A stretch of DNA of 64,000 nucleotides from Planctomycetota bacterium (GTDB lineage: Bacteria; Planctomycetota; UBA8108; SXIK01). The stretch is taken from contig CBDCXR010000004.1 of NCBI GenBank assembly GCA_965223845.1, positions 7,712,001 through 7,776,000 of the forward strand. The letters run 5' to 3'. A program made the translations under genes and the position numbers. A model generated the notes under the pieces. The model was not told the origin of the DNA and made no database searches. It saw only the letters and a program-made list of their open reading frames with translations. Of the stretch, positions 9,757-19,925 are shown piece after piece. Each line of letters starts with the position of its first letter. The stretch's first letter is position 1.

Positions 9757-10725
9757 CTACCTCTCGGCAAGATCGGCGCCGACCGAGTAGACCTCGGAGC
9801 GAGTCCAGCCGATGTCGCTGCGGAAGGTCCACAGGACGAGGAAGTACTGGGAAGCCTGGACCGAGTCGATCTCGATCTCCTCCCGGCGTTCGCCGTCGAG
9901 AGGTCCACCCGAGAGAACCCGGACGCGGGCGTAGGTTGCCGGGTTTTCCGGCGACAGCAGGACATCCGCTCGATTGCGCGACCCGAAGACGAAATAGAAG
10001 CTCGCCAGCGGATCGGCATGGACGAGGAACGTCGACGTTTCCGCGGGTGCATCCATCGCGCCCAGCTCGGCGGCGCCCGGATTCGGGGCGCCCTCCTCTT
10101 CGGCGGGGGCGAGGTCTTCGAGCCACGGGCCGATCAAGCGGCCGGTCCAGCTCGCCGTGAGCACCGTGAGTCCGAGCGGTCCGCGGAGCAAATCGACGCG
10201 CACGGTGATCGGTCGAGCGTCCGGATCGCGCAAGGACACATTCAGCCGGCGCTCGAGCTCGCTTACCTTGAGCTCGACGACCGAGTGATAGAGCTGCCCG
10301 TCGAATCGGCTCTCCACGCGGTGGAGGGGGGTGCTGTAGATGAGGAGCCCGTCGACGCTGACCGTCAGCGCGCCGCCATCGCTGCAGTTGGTCGCCATCG
10401 GGAGGCGGGCGATGCCGGTTCGGGCTGGCTCGCCGTCGTTCGGACCGCCGAGGAGAAGGGTCGGGCCGGCCTTAGCCCGAAGATCGGCGAACGCCGTCGC
10501 GGCTCCGGCGACTCCGGGTGAGTCGATGCCCGTCCGAACGCCCAAGAACATCCCCACGGCGAGCCCGAAAAGTACGAGCCCGCGGGCGAGCGGAGGCTCG
10601 GGAAGCCTCGCGACCAGGAATCTGACGGTCCGAAATCCCACTCTCACGGTGAATCGCGTCCTGCGTTCTGCCCCCATGATTGCCCAACCGAACGCCATCC
10701 TAAGGGCGCGATTTCGGGCTGGCAA
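9757..10725 (-). CDS. Hypothetical membrane-anchored or secreted protein (start uncertain)
   Basis: Hydrophobic GLVLFGLAVGMFLGV followed by a beta-rich domain; co-oriented with flanking genes. Confidence 0.55.
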   Translation of the reverse strand: MPARNRALRMAFGWAIMGAERRTRFTVRVGFRTVRFLVARLPEPPLARGLVLFGLAVGMFLGVRTGIDSPGVAGAATAFADLRAKAGPTLLLGGPNDGEPARTGIARLPMATNCSDGGALTVSVDGLLIYSTPLHRVESRFDGQLYHSVVELKVSELERRLNVSLRDPDARPITVRVDLLRGPLGLTVLTASWTGRLIGPWLEDLAPAEEEGAPNPGAAELGAMDAPAETSTFLVHADPLASFYFVFGSRNRADVLLSPENPATYARVRVLSGGPLDGERREEIEIDSVQASQYFLVLWTFRSDIGWTRSEVYSVGADLAER

Positions 10726-10974
10726 CGACTAATGGGAAGTGGCCGCTCTGTCCGCGGCCGGGGGCGCTCGTCGGCGATCGGTGGAGTTTCGTTCGGCGCG
10801 ACGAGGACGGGGTGCACGGCGAAAGGGGGGCGAGCGTCGATCCGGTGCGGCGAGTTATCGGGCTAGCTCGTCAGTGCGAACGAATCCATACCGTCATCTC
10901 GCTGGGCTCCCGGTTGCCCGCGCGTGGTACGGAACGAGTCGGACGGGACGCACGGCGCGTCCCGGTCGTCCCTC

Positions 10975-13900
10975 CTATCCGGCCGAACCGCGGTTCAATC
11001 CGTGCTTTCGCAGCAGCCGGTACAAGGTCTCGCGCGAAACGCCGCACACTCGCGCCGCCTCGGAGACGTTTCCGCGCGTCTTCGCGAGACAGCGCTCGAG
11101 GAATTCTCGTTCAAACCGCTCGCGAGCCTCGCGGAGGTTCCCTGATTCGCTCGCGGTCGCGACGGACGAATCCATGATCAAGTCCTTGGCGCCGATCGCG
11201 TCGCTCGCTCGCACGAGGAGATTCCGCTCGACGATCGACTTCAGCTCGCGCACGTTCCCGGGCCAGTCGTGGAGCGTGAGCGCCGCGACCGCGTCGGGAA
11301 GGAACTTGGGGGGTGTCCCGCCGCTCTCACGCGCGAACTCGGTGCAAAAGTGATCGACGAGAACGGGGATGTCCTCCTTGCGGTCTCGCAGGCTCGGCAC
11401 CGGGATGCGAATTCCGTTTAGACGATAGTAGAGATCTTTTCGAAACGTGCCGTCGTCGACGCGGTCCGACACGGGTCGATCGGCCGCCGCGATGACACGG
11501 ACGTCGATCGTGCGCGGGCGCCCGCCGATCGGACGGACTTCGCCTTCCTGGAGGACGCGTAGGAGGAGCCGCTGATCGTCGAGCGCGAGCTCGTCGACTT
11601 CGTCGAGAAAGATCGTTCCTCCGTTCGCCTGTTCGAAGAGACCGGTTTTGGCTTCGCTCGCGCCCGTGAACGCTCCGCGTTCGTGGCCGAAAAGCTCACT
11701 CTCGAGAAGCTCCCCCGAAAGCATGCCGAAGCTCGCGGAGACGAACGGACCGCCGCGACGATCGCTCGTGTAGTGGAGCGCGCGCGCGATGAGCTCCTTT
11801 CCCGTTCCGCTTTCGCCCTCGATCAAGACCGAGAGAGGAGTCGGCGCCACGCGTTCGATGAGGTAATAGAGAAGCCGCATCGCCGGCGAGCGCCCGACGA
11901 TGTTGCGAAACGAGTACCTCTCCTCGAGATTGCGTTGCCGCTCCCGCAAACTCTCGCGGACGAGCGCGAGCTGCTCGTTCTGGCGCGCCACGCGTTCCTG
12001 GAGCTTTTGATTGAGGAGATCGAGCTTCCGGTTGGCGCGTACGAGCTCCTCGGTCTGCCGGCGATTCTCGTCGACGAGCTGCGCGTTCGTCACCGCGATC
12101 GCCGCCTGGTCGGCGAACGCCTGGAGCGTAGCGACGTCCGCGTCGCGAAAGGCGTCCGTGCGCCAGCGGTTGTCGATGTAGATGAGGCCGAGCGTCGCGC
12201 CACGAAAGCGGAGCGGCGCGCAGAGAATGGAGCGCAGCTTGAGTCGCTGGACGCTCACCGCCTCTTGATAGTCGTCCTCGTCGAGCGCGTTGCGGATGAG
12301 GACCGTCTCGCCACTCTCGAGCACTCGGCGCACGACCGAATCGCTCACGATTTCCTGGGGCGGGGGCGTCTCGCTGCCGCTCCGGTCGCACGCGACGACG
12401 ATTTGCGGCCGCGCTCCGTCCTCCTTGAGCAGCACGAACCCGCTCTCGCCCGCGACGAGCTCGAGCACGGATCGAAGAAGCTCGCGGAGGAGACGATTCT
12501 TGTCGCTCTCGCGTCCAATCAAACCCGCGATCTCGTGGAGCCGTCGCGTCTCTTCGAGGAGCTGAGGGCCGACGGGCGGCGACGTCGCTGGAGAACTCGT
12601 CGCCGGGGCGTCCGCCACGGTTGAGTTCCCGTCGTCCCCGCCGCCGCGGAGGCGTGCGCGCTCGCGCGGGAAGAACATCTCGCGGGCGAAGCTCGGCGGC
12701 GCGGTCTCGAGCATGGACTCGATCGCACGCACTGCGCTCCGGCGCTCGACCTCGCTCTCCTTCGCGTCACCGCTGAGAGCCGCGAGGTCGGAAAGACTCG
12801 CGTGAAAGCGACCGGCGAGATCCGGGAGCTCGGCGTCGCGCGATTCCTTGAGCCCGCGAACGAGGTAGCGGCGCGCCCGACTCGACCAGCCGTCACCCTG
12901 TCGCGCAATCTCGAGTCGTCCGCGAAGAAGAAAATAGAGCGGAACGAGGTCGCGGATCGCCAGAATCTCGAGATGTTCGTACGCCTCTTCGAGCAGTCGC
13001 TCCGCTTCGGCACTGCGGTTTGCGCTGACCTGGTGCCACGCGCGTTCGAGCAGCACTTCGACCACCTCGCGGCGACTGGCGGCACTCCGGAAGACGCTTT
13101 CTGCCTCGGCGAGGATCGGCTGCGTCGGCGAGTGCTGACCGGACTCGCGCTCGACCCGCGCTCGGCCGAGGAGGCACGACGCGCGAAGGAGCGGTTGGTC
13201 GAGCTCGCGGGCGGATGCCTCGACGCTCGCGAACACTCGACGCGCCGAGCGCAGTCGTCCGACGGCCGCGAGAAACCGCGCCTCGACCTCTCGAGCGACG
13301 AGGACGCCGAGTCGGTTGCGGAGCGCCCGAAAGGTTCCGTGGGCGCTTCGCGCATCGCTCAGCGCCGCCGCGAGCTCACCGCGGGCGAGGGCGATCTGCG
13401 CGAGCTGAAGGCGCGAGTACGCGGCGCCGAGTCGCTCGTCGATCCGCTCGCGCAGCTCGAGCCCTCTCTGCGCGTACGCCGCGGCTTTCGTCAGCTCGCC
13501 CTGCGCGAGGTAGATCTTCCCGATGCGGTAGTAGGAGAAGCCGACGGCGGCGGGCGCCGCTGATCGTTTGCGCTTGTCGAGAGCGCGAAACGCGTAGTCG
13601 AGCGCCTCGCCGTAGTTGCCTTCGCGCTCGAGGATCGTCGACAAGTTCCCGAGCGCGCGAGCCATTCCCGCGCGGTCGTTGAGCCGCGTGTAGAGCTCGA
13701 TCGCGCGTTCGTAGCACTCTCTCGCCGCCCCGAGATCGTCCCGCACCTGATAGACGAGCCCGAGGTTGTTGTAGTTGTCCGCGATCGCTCCCTCGTCGCC
13801 CACGTTTCCCGCGAGGCGGAGCGCGATGCGATAGTTCACGAGCGCACGCTCCTGCTCGCCGCGGTCGTGATGCGTCGTCCCGAGCGCCTTGTGCACCGCG

Positions 13901-16900
13901 GCCCGGTGCTGCTGGCTCGCGAGCTGAGACGCGACCGCTCCGCCCTCTTCGAGGATTTCCGTCGCGCGGTCGTACTCGCCGAGATCGCGGAGCTGATTCC
14001 CGAGCGCGATGGTCGTCTCCACGTGAAGCGCGAGATTCTGCGAATCCCGAGCGATCGCAAGGGCGTGCTCGAGTTGATCGCGCGCCTCCTCGCTTCGGCG
14101 ATCGGCGCGGGCCGTTTCGGCGAGAAGAATGAACGCGCGGCAGCGCGCGGCGGCGTCGCCCCCGTCCGGCGCCTCGGCGATGCACCGCGCGAGGCGCTCG
14201 GTGGCCGATCGTTCGCCGCGGGCGAGGTGCGCCCTCGCGAGCGCGAGTCGCGTTCGGCCGAGCTCGGCGTCGGGATCGAGGAGGCGCGGCGCGGAGTTTG
14301 CCGACGCCGGGTCGCTGGAGGCGCCGCCGGCGAAGAGGCTCTCGCTGAGCTCGAGGACGAGGAGCGCGCTCGCGATCTCGCCGCTCTCGAGGTAACTCTC
14401 GCCGATTCGGCGCAGCACCTCGGCGCGCGCGAGAGCGTGGGCTTCGCCTTCGTAAAGAGACGAGAGAAACGTGAGGCGCTCGCGAGCCTTCTCGGGTTGG
14501 CGCAGAGCCGCGTAGAGCGTTGCGAGTCGGTCGACGGCGAGGGGGACCAGCGGGTCGAGCTTCGAGCCGGGGCGGCCGGTGGCGCGGCCGCCCGCTTCGA
14601 GCAGCGTTTCGAGCTGGAGCGCCGCGGCGGCGATCGCCTGCGAGCTCGCGAGGCGATCTGCCGTGACGAGGGTTTGGTCGGCGGCGAGGCTGTCCCAGCG
14701 CGCGAGCCGCGCGTGATGGGCGACGTCTTCCGGCACGCGGCACGGCGCCTCGTCGCGCGCGAAACCGTGGAGAGCCGCAGCGATCCCGCGGTGGATCTCG
14801 CGCCGCCGCGGCGCCGCGACCATGCGGTAGACGTGCGACGCGAGACTCGGCGAGGCGATGCCGATCTCTTCGCCGGAGATTCCGTCCCGCCGAGAGACGA
14901 GCCCGGCGCGTTCGAGTCTGCCGACGCTCGCAGTCGTCTCCGCACTTGTCGGTTCGGTTCGATCGCCAGCTCGGAGGGCGTCTAGAATCGGCGTCCGAAG
15001 GGGAGTTCCCGCCGCGGCGAGAATCTCGACGATCGATCGCGCATCGGTGCCGAGTCCGTCGAGCCGCTGGAGCATCGCTTCCTCGTGGCGGCGAGGGTAG
15101 TCCAGAATGTCCGCGCTCGAAGGCTCACCCCGCGCCCGGCGGATGAACTCGTCGAGAAGGCGAGGAGAGCCCTGAGAAACTTCGATCCACCGGCGCATCA
15201 CGTCGGGCGGGACATCGAGCTCCGGCGCGCGCTCGCGAATCCACTCCGGCACGCGATCGGCGGCGAGCGGCTGGAGGACTCGCCGCGTGCCGCTTGCGCG
15301 CTGGAGGAATCGGCCGAGATCGACGCTGGGGCCGATCCCCTCGACGGCTTCGCGGTGCCGGTCTCCCGCCGATGTGGTCGCAACGACGAGGAGTCGCGGC
15401 ATCGAAGCCGCTTCGTCGTGGGCGTCGTCTTCGCTTCGTTCGAGCCGCGTCGCGGATCGGTGAATCGTTTCGAGAAGCTTCAGCGTCTCGGGGCCGCCGA
15501 GCTCGACGTCGCGGAGTAGGAGCGCGACGGGTCGATCGCGAGCGAGAGCGAGGAGGACGTCGGCGATGAGGGAGCGGAGGCGTTCCGGCTCACGCGCGGC
15601 ATCGATGCTCGGGAGCGGAGCCGCCACGTCACCTTCTACGGGCGCGATTCGGCGAACCGCGTTGAGGTGCGCTTCGGTGAGGCCCAACTCCGGGGCGACG
15701 GCGCTGAGATCGATCTCTCGCGCGATTTGGACGAAGATTTCGGCGAACGGCTGGAACGCGTACTGACGCGGCAATCGACCGGCGCCGCTGTAGCACGACG
15801 TGCCACGCGAAAGGATGCGCAATTCGATCTCGCCGGCGAACTCGTCGAGGAACTGTCCCTCGTCCGCCTCGTAGATGCAGATCGTGCATTCGACCTCGCC
15901 TCGCTCGAGCTCCTCGAGCAGGGTCTCGACGTGCGCGAGTTCACTTTCCCAGCCGACGCGCGGGACGCGCGGACGGGCCTCGCGGACCGGCGCAGCGAGG
16001 CGAAAGCCGCCGATGCGCTCGAGCTCTTCGGCGACGGCGCGCGCGTCCGGAGGGCGCCGATCGGGGTCGGGATCGAGAAGTCGATCGATCAGATCGTCGA
16101 GGTCCGGCGGCGTGCCCGGCTCGGTGTCGCTCACGCGCAGTCGCGCGCCCGTGTTCGCGGCCTGCACCCACTCGGCCGGAGTGTCCCCGGGAAACGGCGG
16201 ACGCCCGGTGATCGCGTACGCGAGAGAAACGCCGAGTGAGAAGAGATCGCTCCTCCGGTCGGCCGGGCGTGCGTTCATCAACTCGGGGGCGACGAACGGA
16301 ACGGTGCCGCCCGGGTGCCCGTCGGCCGGCTTCGTCTCGTCTGCCGACAATCCGAAGTCGAGGATGGTCGGCCGGAGCGCGTCGCCCGGAGCCGCGCCCT
16401 TCTCGCGGACGAAAACGAGGTTCTCGGGCTTGATGTCGCGGTGGACGATTCCCTGGCGGTGGATCGCGTCGAGTGCCTGTGCCACTCGGGCGAGCGCGCG
16501 GAGGAACTCGCTCCAGCGAGCAGACTCCTCACGCGCGACTCGCTCCGAATCCTCCCCGGTCTTATCGAATAGATCGAGATACGTCGCGCGCAGGTTTTCG
16601 CCGTCGTAGTACACACTTGCGAGGTACGTCGCGTACGGCGCGTCGAGCGCGACGTCCGGTGAGAGCGCACGCATCGATGCGCGATCCAGCCGGCCGAAGT
16701 CGAAGACCTCCGCGATTCCCGGCTGGCGGAGGCGATGGACGATGCGGTACTCGCGCTGCGCGCGAGCGGCGAGTGCTGGATCGTTCCCCGGGAAGATCTT
16801 CAGCGCGCACTTTCGCCCGCCTCGGCGACGGTCGCGGGCGAGAACGACGCTCCTCTCGGGCTTCGTCGAAAGAGTCCCGAGCAGCTCGTAGCGGCCGGCC

Positions 16901-16929
16901 AGGTCGCCCGTTCGCACCATGCGTTCCAC
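10975..16929 (-). CDS. Giant Ser/Thr kinase - degenerate NTPase - TPR - GAF - sigma54 AAA+ activator - Fis HTH fusion
   Basis: ALKI, HRDIKPEN, DFG, GT.PF.APE, D.FSLG kinase motifs; TPRs (ADNYNNLGLVY); GAF (SILCAPL..LGLIYIDN); GESGTGKE, ESELFGHERGAFTGA, WPGNVREL; C-terminal HTH. Confidence 0.92.
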   Translation of the reverse strand: MERMVRTGDLAGRYELLGTLSTKPERSVVLARDRRRGGRKCALKIFPGNDPALAARAQREYRIVHRLRQPGIAEVFDFGRLDRASMRALSPDVALDAPYATYLASVYYDGENLRATYLDLFDKTGEDSERVAREESARWSEFLRALARVAQALDAIHRQGIVHRDIKPENLVFVREKGAAPGDALRPTILDFGLSADETKPADGHPGGTVPFVAPELMNARPADRRSDLFSLGVSLAYAITGRPPFPGDTPAEWVQAANTGARLRVSDTEPGTPPDLDDLIDRLLDPDPDRRPPDARAVAEELERIGGFRLAAPVREARPRVPRVGWESELAHVETLLEELERGEVECTICIYEADEGQFLDEFAGEIELRILSRGTSCYSGAGRLPRQYAFQPFAEIFVQIAREIDLSAVAPELGLTEAHLNAVRRIAPVEGDVAAPLPSIDAAREPERLRSLIADVLLALARDRPVALLLRDVELGGPETLKLLETIHRSATRLERSEDDAHDEAASMPRLLVVATTSAGDRHREAVEGIGPSVDLGRFLQRASGTRRVLQPLAADRVPEWIRERAPELDVPPDVMRRWIEVSQGSPRLLDEFIRRARGEPSSADILDYPRRHEEAMLQRLDGLGTDARSIVEILAAAGTPLRTPILDALRAGDRTEPTSAETTASVGRLERAGLVSRRDGISGEEIGIASPSLASHVYRMVAAPRRREIHRGIAAALHGFARDEAPCRVPEDVAHHARLARWDSLAADQTLVTADRLASSQAIAAAALQLETLLEAGGRATGRPGSKLDPLVPLAVDRLATLYAALRQPEKARERLTFLSSLYEGEAHALARAEVLRRIGESYLESGEIASALLVLELSESLFAGGASSDPASANSAPRLLDPDAELGRTRLALARAHLARGERSATERLARCIAEAPDGGDAAARCRAFILLAETARADRRSEEARDQLEHALAIARDSQNLALHVETTIALGNQLRDLGEYDRATEILEEGGAVASQLASQQHRAAVHKALGTTHHDRGEQERALVNYRIALRLAGNVGDEGAIADNYNNLGLVYQVRDDLGAARECYERAIELYTRLNDRAGMARALGNLSTILEREGNYGEALDYAFRALDKRKRSAAPAAVGFSYYRIGKIYLAQGELTKAAAYAQRGLELRERIDERLGAAYSRLQLAQIALARGELAAALSDARSAHGTFRALRNRLGVLVAREVEARFLAAVGRLRSARRVFASVEASARELDQPLLRASCLLGRARVERESGQHSPTQPILAEAESVFRSAASRREVVEVLLERAWHQVSANRSAEAERLLEEAYEHLEILAIRDLVPLYFLLRGRLEIARQGDGWSSRARRYLVRGLKESRDAELPDLAGRFHASLSDLAALSGDAKESEVERRSAVRAIESMLETAPPSFAREMFFPRERARLRGGGDDGNSTVADAPATSSPATSPPVGPQLLEETRRLHEIAGLIGRESDKNRLLRELLRSVLELVAGESGFVLLKEDGARPQIVVACDRSGSETPPPQEIVSDSVVRRVLESGETVLIRNALDEDDYQEAVSVQRLKLRSILCAPLRFRGATLGLIYIDNRWRTDAFRDADVATLQAFADQAAIAVTNAQLVDENRRQTEELVRANRKLDLLNQKLQERVARQNEQLALVRESLRERQRNLEERYSFRNIVGRSPAMRLLYYLIERVAPTPLSVLIEGESGTGKELIARALHYTSDRRGGPFVSASFGMLSGELLESELFGHERGAFTGASEAKTGLFEQANGGTIFLDEVDELALDDQRLLLRVLQEGEVRPIGGRPRTIDVRVIAAADRPVSDRVDDGTFRKDLYYRLNGIRIPVPSLRDRKEDIPVLVDHFCTEFARESGGTPPKFLPDAVAALTLHDWPGNVRELKSIVERNLLVRASDAIGAKDLIMDSSVATASESGNLREARERFEREFLERCLAKTRGNVSEAARVCGVSRETLYRLLRKHGLNRGSAG

Positions 16930-17079
16930 TCCGTGAACCCGCGCACCCGAGAGGCCCCGGCGCCGGCTCCGTGGGATCGCGCGCGCGCGATCCTCCGCGC
17001 TCCGCTGCGGTTCGACCGGCCGGGATCCGTGGCGGCTTCCTAGACGATAGCGGGCCCTGGCGGATCTGCCACATCGAGT

Positions 17080-17097
17080 GTGTCAGAAACGTGACAC
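17080..17097. promoter_or_regulatory. Palindromic operator or enhancer site
   Basis: GTGTCA-GAAACG-TGACAC, a perfect 6-bp inverted repeat between two activator genes. Confidence 0.5.
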
Positions 17098-17241
17098 TTT
17101 TCCCCCGTACCTATCGCCGGGGGCACCAGGAACCGGGGCGGCGCGACGACGACGTTCGGGCGTTGGTCGTCTCGTCCGCCGGACAACGTCGAGCTCAGGG
17201 GGCGGGCGGGCCGCCCCGTTCTCCGCCGACGTCAGAACAGA

Positions 17242-18900
17242 TCAACGATTCAGATTGTACTTGTTGATCTTGTTGTAGAGGCTCGTCTTCGGCACGGCGA
17301 GCTTCTTCGCGACGAGGCTCTTATTCCCTCGGCACTCGACGAGCGACGCGCGGATGATCTGCTCCTCGACCAGCTCGACGGCCTGTTTGAGAGTCAAGTC
17401 GACGAGATTCGTCTTCAACTCGGCGAGCGTCGTCTGCTCCGAGCCGCGGAGAAGAATGGTCTCGGAGAGCGCATCGACGCCGATCTCTCCGTCCGAGAGC
17501 GCATAGAGGCGCTTCACCTCGTTCTGGAGCTCGCGGATGTTTCCCGGCCAGTCGTATTCCTCGAGCTTTTCGAGGGCGCGCGAATCGATCTCTTTGTGGT
17601 CGCCGTGCTCTTCGTCGAGGACCTGGAGAAAGTGGCGGACGAGGTCCGGGACATCCTCGCGTCGTTCGCGGAGCGGCGGCAGCTTCAGGTTGATCACGTT
17701 CAGGCGGTAGTAGAGGTCCTCGCGGAAGTTCCCCTGCCGGACCTCTTCTTGCAGATCCTTGTTCGTCGCCGAGATGATGCGAACGTCGACGTCGATGAGC
17801 TCCTTGCCGCCGACTCGCCGGACGACGTTTTCCTGAAGGACTCGGAGGAGCTTTTTCTGCATCGTCGGGCTCATGTCGCCGACCTCGTCGAGAAAGAGCG
17901 TCCCTCCCGTCGCGAGCTCGAAGAGGCCCTTACTGTCTTTCGTGGCGCCGGTGAACGCGCCCTTCATGTAGCCGAAGAGCTCGCTCTCGAGCAGCGTTTC
18001 GGTGAGCGCGCCGCAGTTCTCCGAGATGAAGGGCTGGTCGCGGCGGGAGCTGTTTCGGTGAACGGCGTTCGCGATGAGCTCCTTCCCCGTTCCGCTTTCG
18101 CCGTTGATGAGAACGGGCGCGTTCGACGTCGCGATGCGATCGAGAATTTGAAAGATCTCGATCATGCGCGGGCTGTTCCCGACGATGATCGAATAGTCGC
18201 CGGCGAGGTCGCTCCGCTGCGCCTGCTTCCCGCGCCGCACCGGCGTCGGGACCTCGAGTGCGGTCGCGGTGGCGGTCGGGGGCTGTTCGCGGAGACGCGC
18301 GACGTCTCCCCAGAGGGAGCGGTTCTCGGCTTGCAGTCGGTCCTGGGCGAGCATCCCGGCGATCACGTCGCACTGAATGCGGACCACCCGGAGCCGATCC
18401 GGGTCGGTGTGGAGCTCGCGGAACCGGTTCTCGACCTGAATGACCGCGTCGACTCCGCGCGGTCCGACGATCGGGAGTGCGAGCAAATGCGGCTCGCGCT
18501 CCTTCGACGCCAAGTAGCCGCTTCGCACGACGGCGGCGGTGATCGCCGGGTCGATCTTTTTCTCCGGCTGCTGAACGCTTTCGCCGTCGACATCGATCGC
18601 GACGAGACAGTTCGCGGCTACCCGGCCGGTCGTCACCGCCTCCTCGCCGTTCGTCGCGAGCAAAAACGCCCGCTCCCCGCCGAGGAGCTGAAGGAGATCG
18701 AGAAGCAGCGATGCGACCGCCGGCGGCGCGTCGCCCTCAGCGGCGCGTTCGGACTCGGCATCGTCGGGTCGACGGAGGAGCGCGGAGGCGCGCATCGCGT
18801 GGTCGAGCATCGACGCGGGTCTTTCGAGGCCGGACCAGATATCGTTCCACTGCTGGTCCGGGGTGGTGACCGGCGTCGCTTTCGAGCTCTGTTCGTTCAC
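17242..18900 (-). CDS. Sigma54-dependent enhancer-binding protein (GAF-like + AAA+ + Fis HTH)
   Basis: GESGTGKE, ESELFGYMKGAFTGA, FLDEVG, FREDLYYRLNV, WPGNIREL; start placed at GTG 18900 after a GAGGAG RBS. Confidence 0.9.
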   Translation of the reverse strand: MNEQSSKATPVTTPDQQWNDIWSGLERPASMLDHAMRASALLRRPDDAESERAAEGDAPPAVASLLLDLLQLLGGERAFLLATNGEEAVTTGRVAANCLVAIDVDGESVQQPEKKIDPAITAAVVRSGYLASKEREPHLLALPIVGPRGVDAVIQVENRFRELHTDPDRLRVVRIQCDVIAGMLAQDRLQAENRSLWGDVARLREQPPTATATALEVPTPVRRGKQAQRSDLAGDYSIIVGNSPRMIEIFQILDRIATSNAPVLINGESGTGKELIANAVHRNSSRRDQPFISENCGALTETLLESELFGYMKGAFTGATKDSKGLFELATGGTLFLDEVGDMSPTMQKKLLRVLQENVVRRVGGKELIDVDVRIISATNKDLQEEVRQGNFREDLYYRLNVINLKLPPLRERREDVPDLVRHFLQVLDEEHGDHKEIDSRALEKLEEYDWPGNIRELQNEVKRLYALSDGEIGVDALSETILLRGSEQTTLAELKTNLVDLTLKQAVELVEEQIIRASLVECRGNKSLVAKKLAVPKTSLYNKINKYNLNR

Positions 18901-19436
18901 GCGATTCTCTTCTCCTCGAAGTGCTCCCGCGCCCGCATGCGATGACGAGCGTCCTCCGATGGAATCGGTCGCCGACGCACTCTCTCTTCGCCGCGAGTCG
19001 AAAACGGAACCTCGGGCGCGAAGCGAGCGGTCGGGGTCCGGGCTCTCCGCCGGCGAACTCGACGCGCCGGAGCAGGGCGACGGGAGAACTGCCCGTTCGG
19101 AGGAGAAGAGTACCATCTCGGCCCCGAATCGGCCGGTCGGGCGGCTCGAGGGGGCGCTCGCCGCGTCTCCGGGCTTTTCCTTGCTCCGATGCCTCTGCGG
19201 AGGTAGAGCTCGAGGTTCCGGGACGGCGAAGAATCCTCGCTGCGCGAGGCGTGGAGGTGACGTCCGGTCGCCGCGCCGCGGCACCGCCGAACTCGAGTAA
19301 AGAGCCGAAACGATCCTTCCGATATCGAAGGAGCACCGCGCGCCTCGGATACGAACGTCTCACCTCACGAACCGTTCACTGCGGCGTCCGGGGTCGTCGC
19401 GCGCAACTTCCGAACCGAAGCTCGAGGACTCGAACC

Positions 19437-19895
19437 ATGGAACGAACGCTGATCATCCTCAAACCCGATGCCGTGGACCGGCGGCTCGCCGGCGAGATCC
19501 TCGGACGTTTCGAGCGGAAGGGACTGAGAATCGCCGCGATGAAACTCTCGCGCATCACGTCCGAGCTCGCCGCGCGGCACTACGAAGCGCATGTTTCGAA
19601 ACCCTTCTATCCCAGCCTCGAGCGCTTTATCACCGGCGGACCCGTCGTACTCCTCGTCCTCGAGGGCGAGCACGCGATCTCCGTCGCGCGAAAGCTCATG
19701 GGGAAGACGGCGGCCTACGATGCCGAGCCCGGGACGATCCGCGGCGAATTCGGGTTGTCGGGGCAGTTCAATCTCGTTCACGGATCGGACTCTCCCGAGT
19801 CCGCCACACGCGAGATCGGACTGTTCTTTTCGGCCGAAGAGATTCATTCGTACGAGACGTCCGACGCGGCCTGGTGCACGACGCCGTCCGACTGA
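19437..19895 (+). CDS. ndk: Nucleoside diphosphate kinase
   Basis: MERTLIILKPDAV, PGTIRG, NLVHGSDS active-site His. Confidence 0.97.
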   Translation: MERTLIILKPDAVDRRLAGEILGRFERKGLRIAAMKLSRITSELAARHYEAHVSKPFYPSLERFITGGPVVLLVLEGEHAISVARKLMGKTAAYDAEPGTIRGEFGLSGQFNLVHGSDSPESATREIGLFFSAEEIHSYETSDAAWCTTPSD

Positions 19896-19925
19896 GAACG
19901 AAGCGAGTCGATCGGGAGAGAACTC

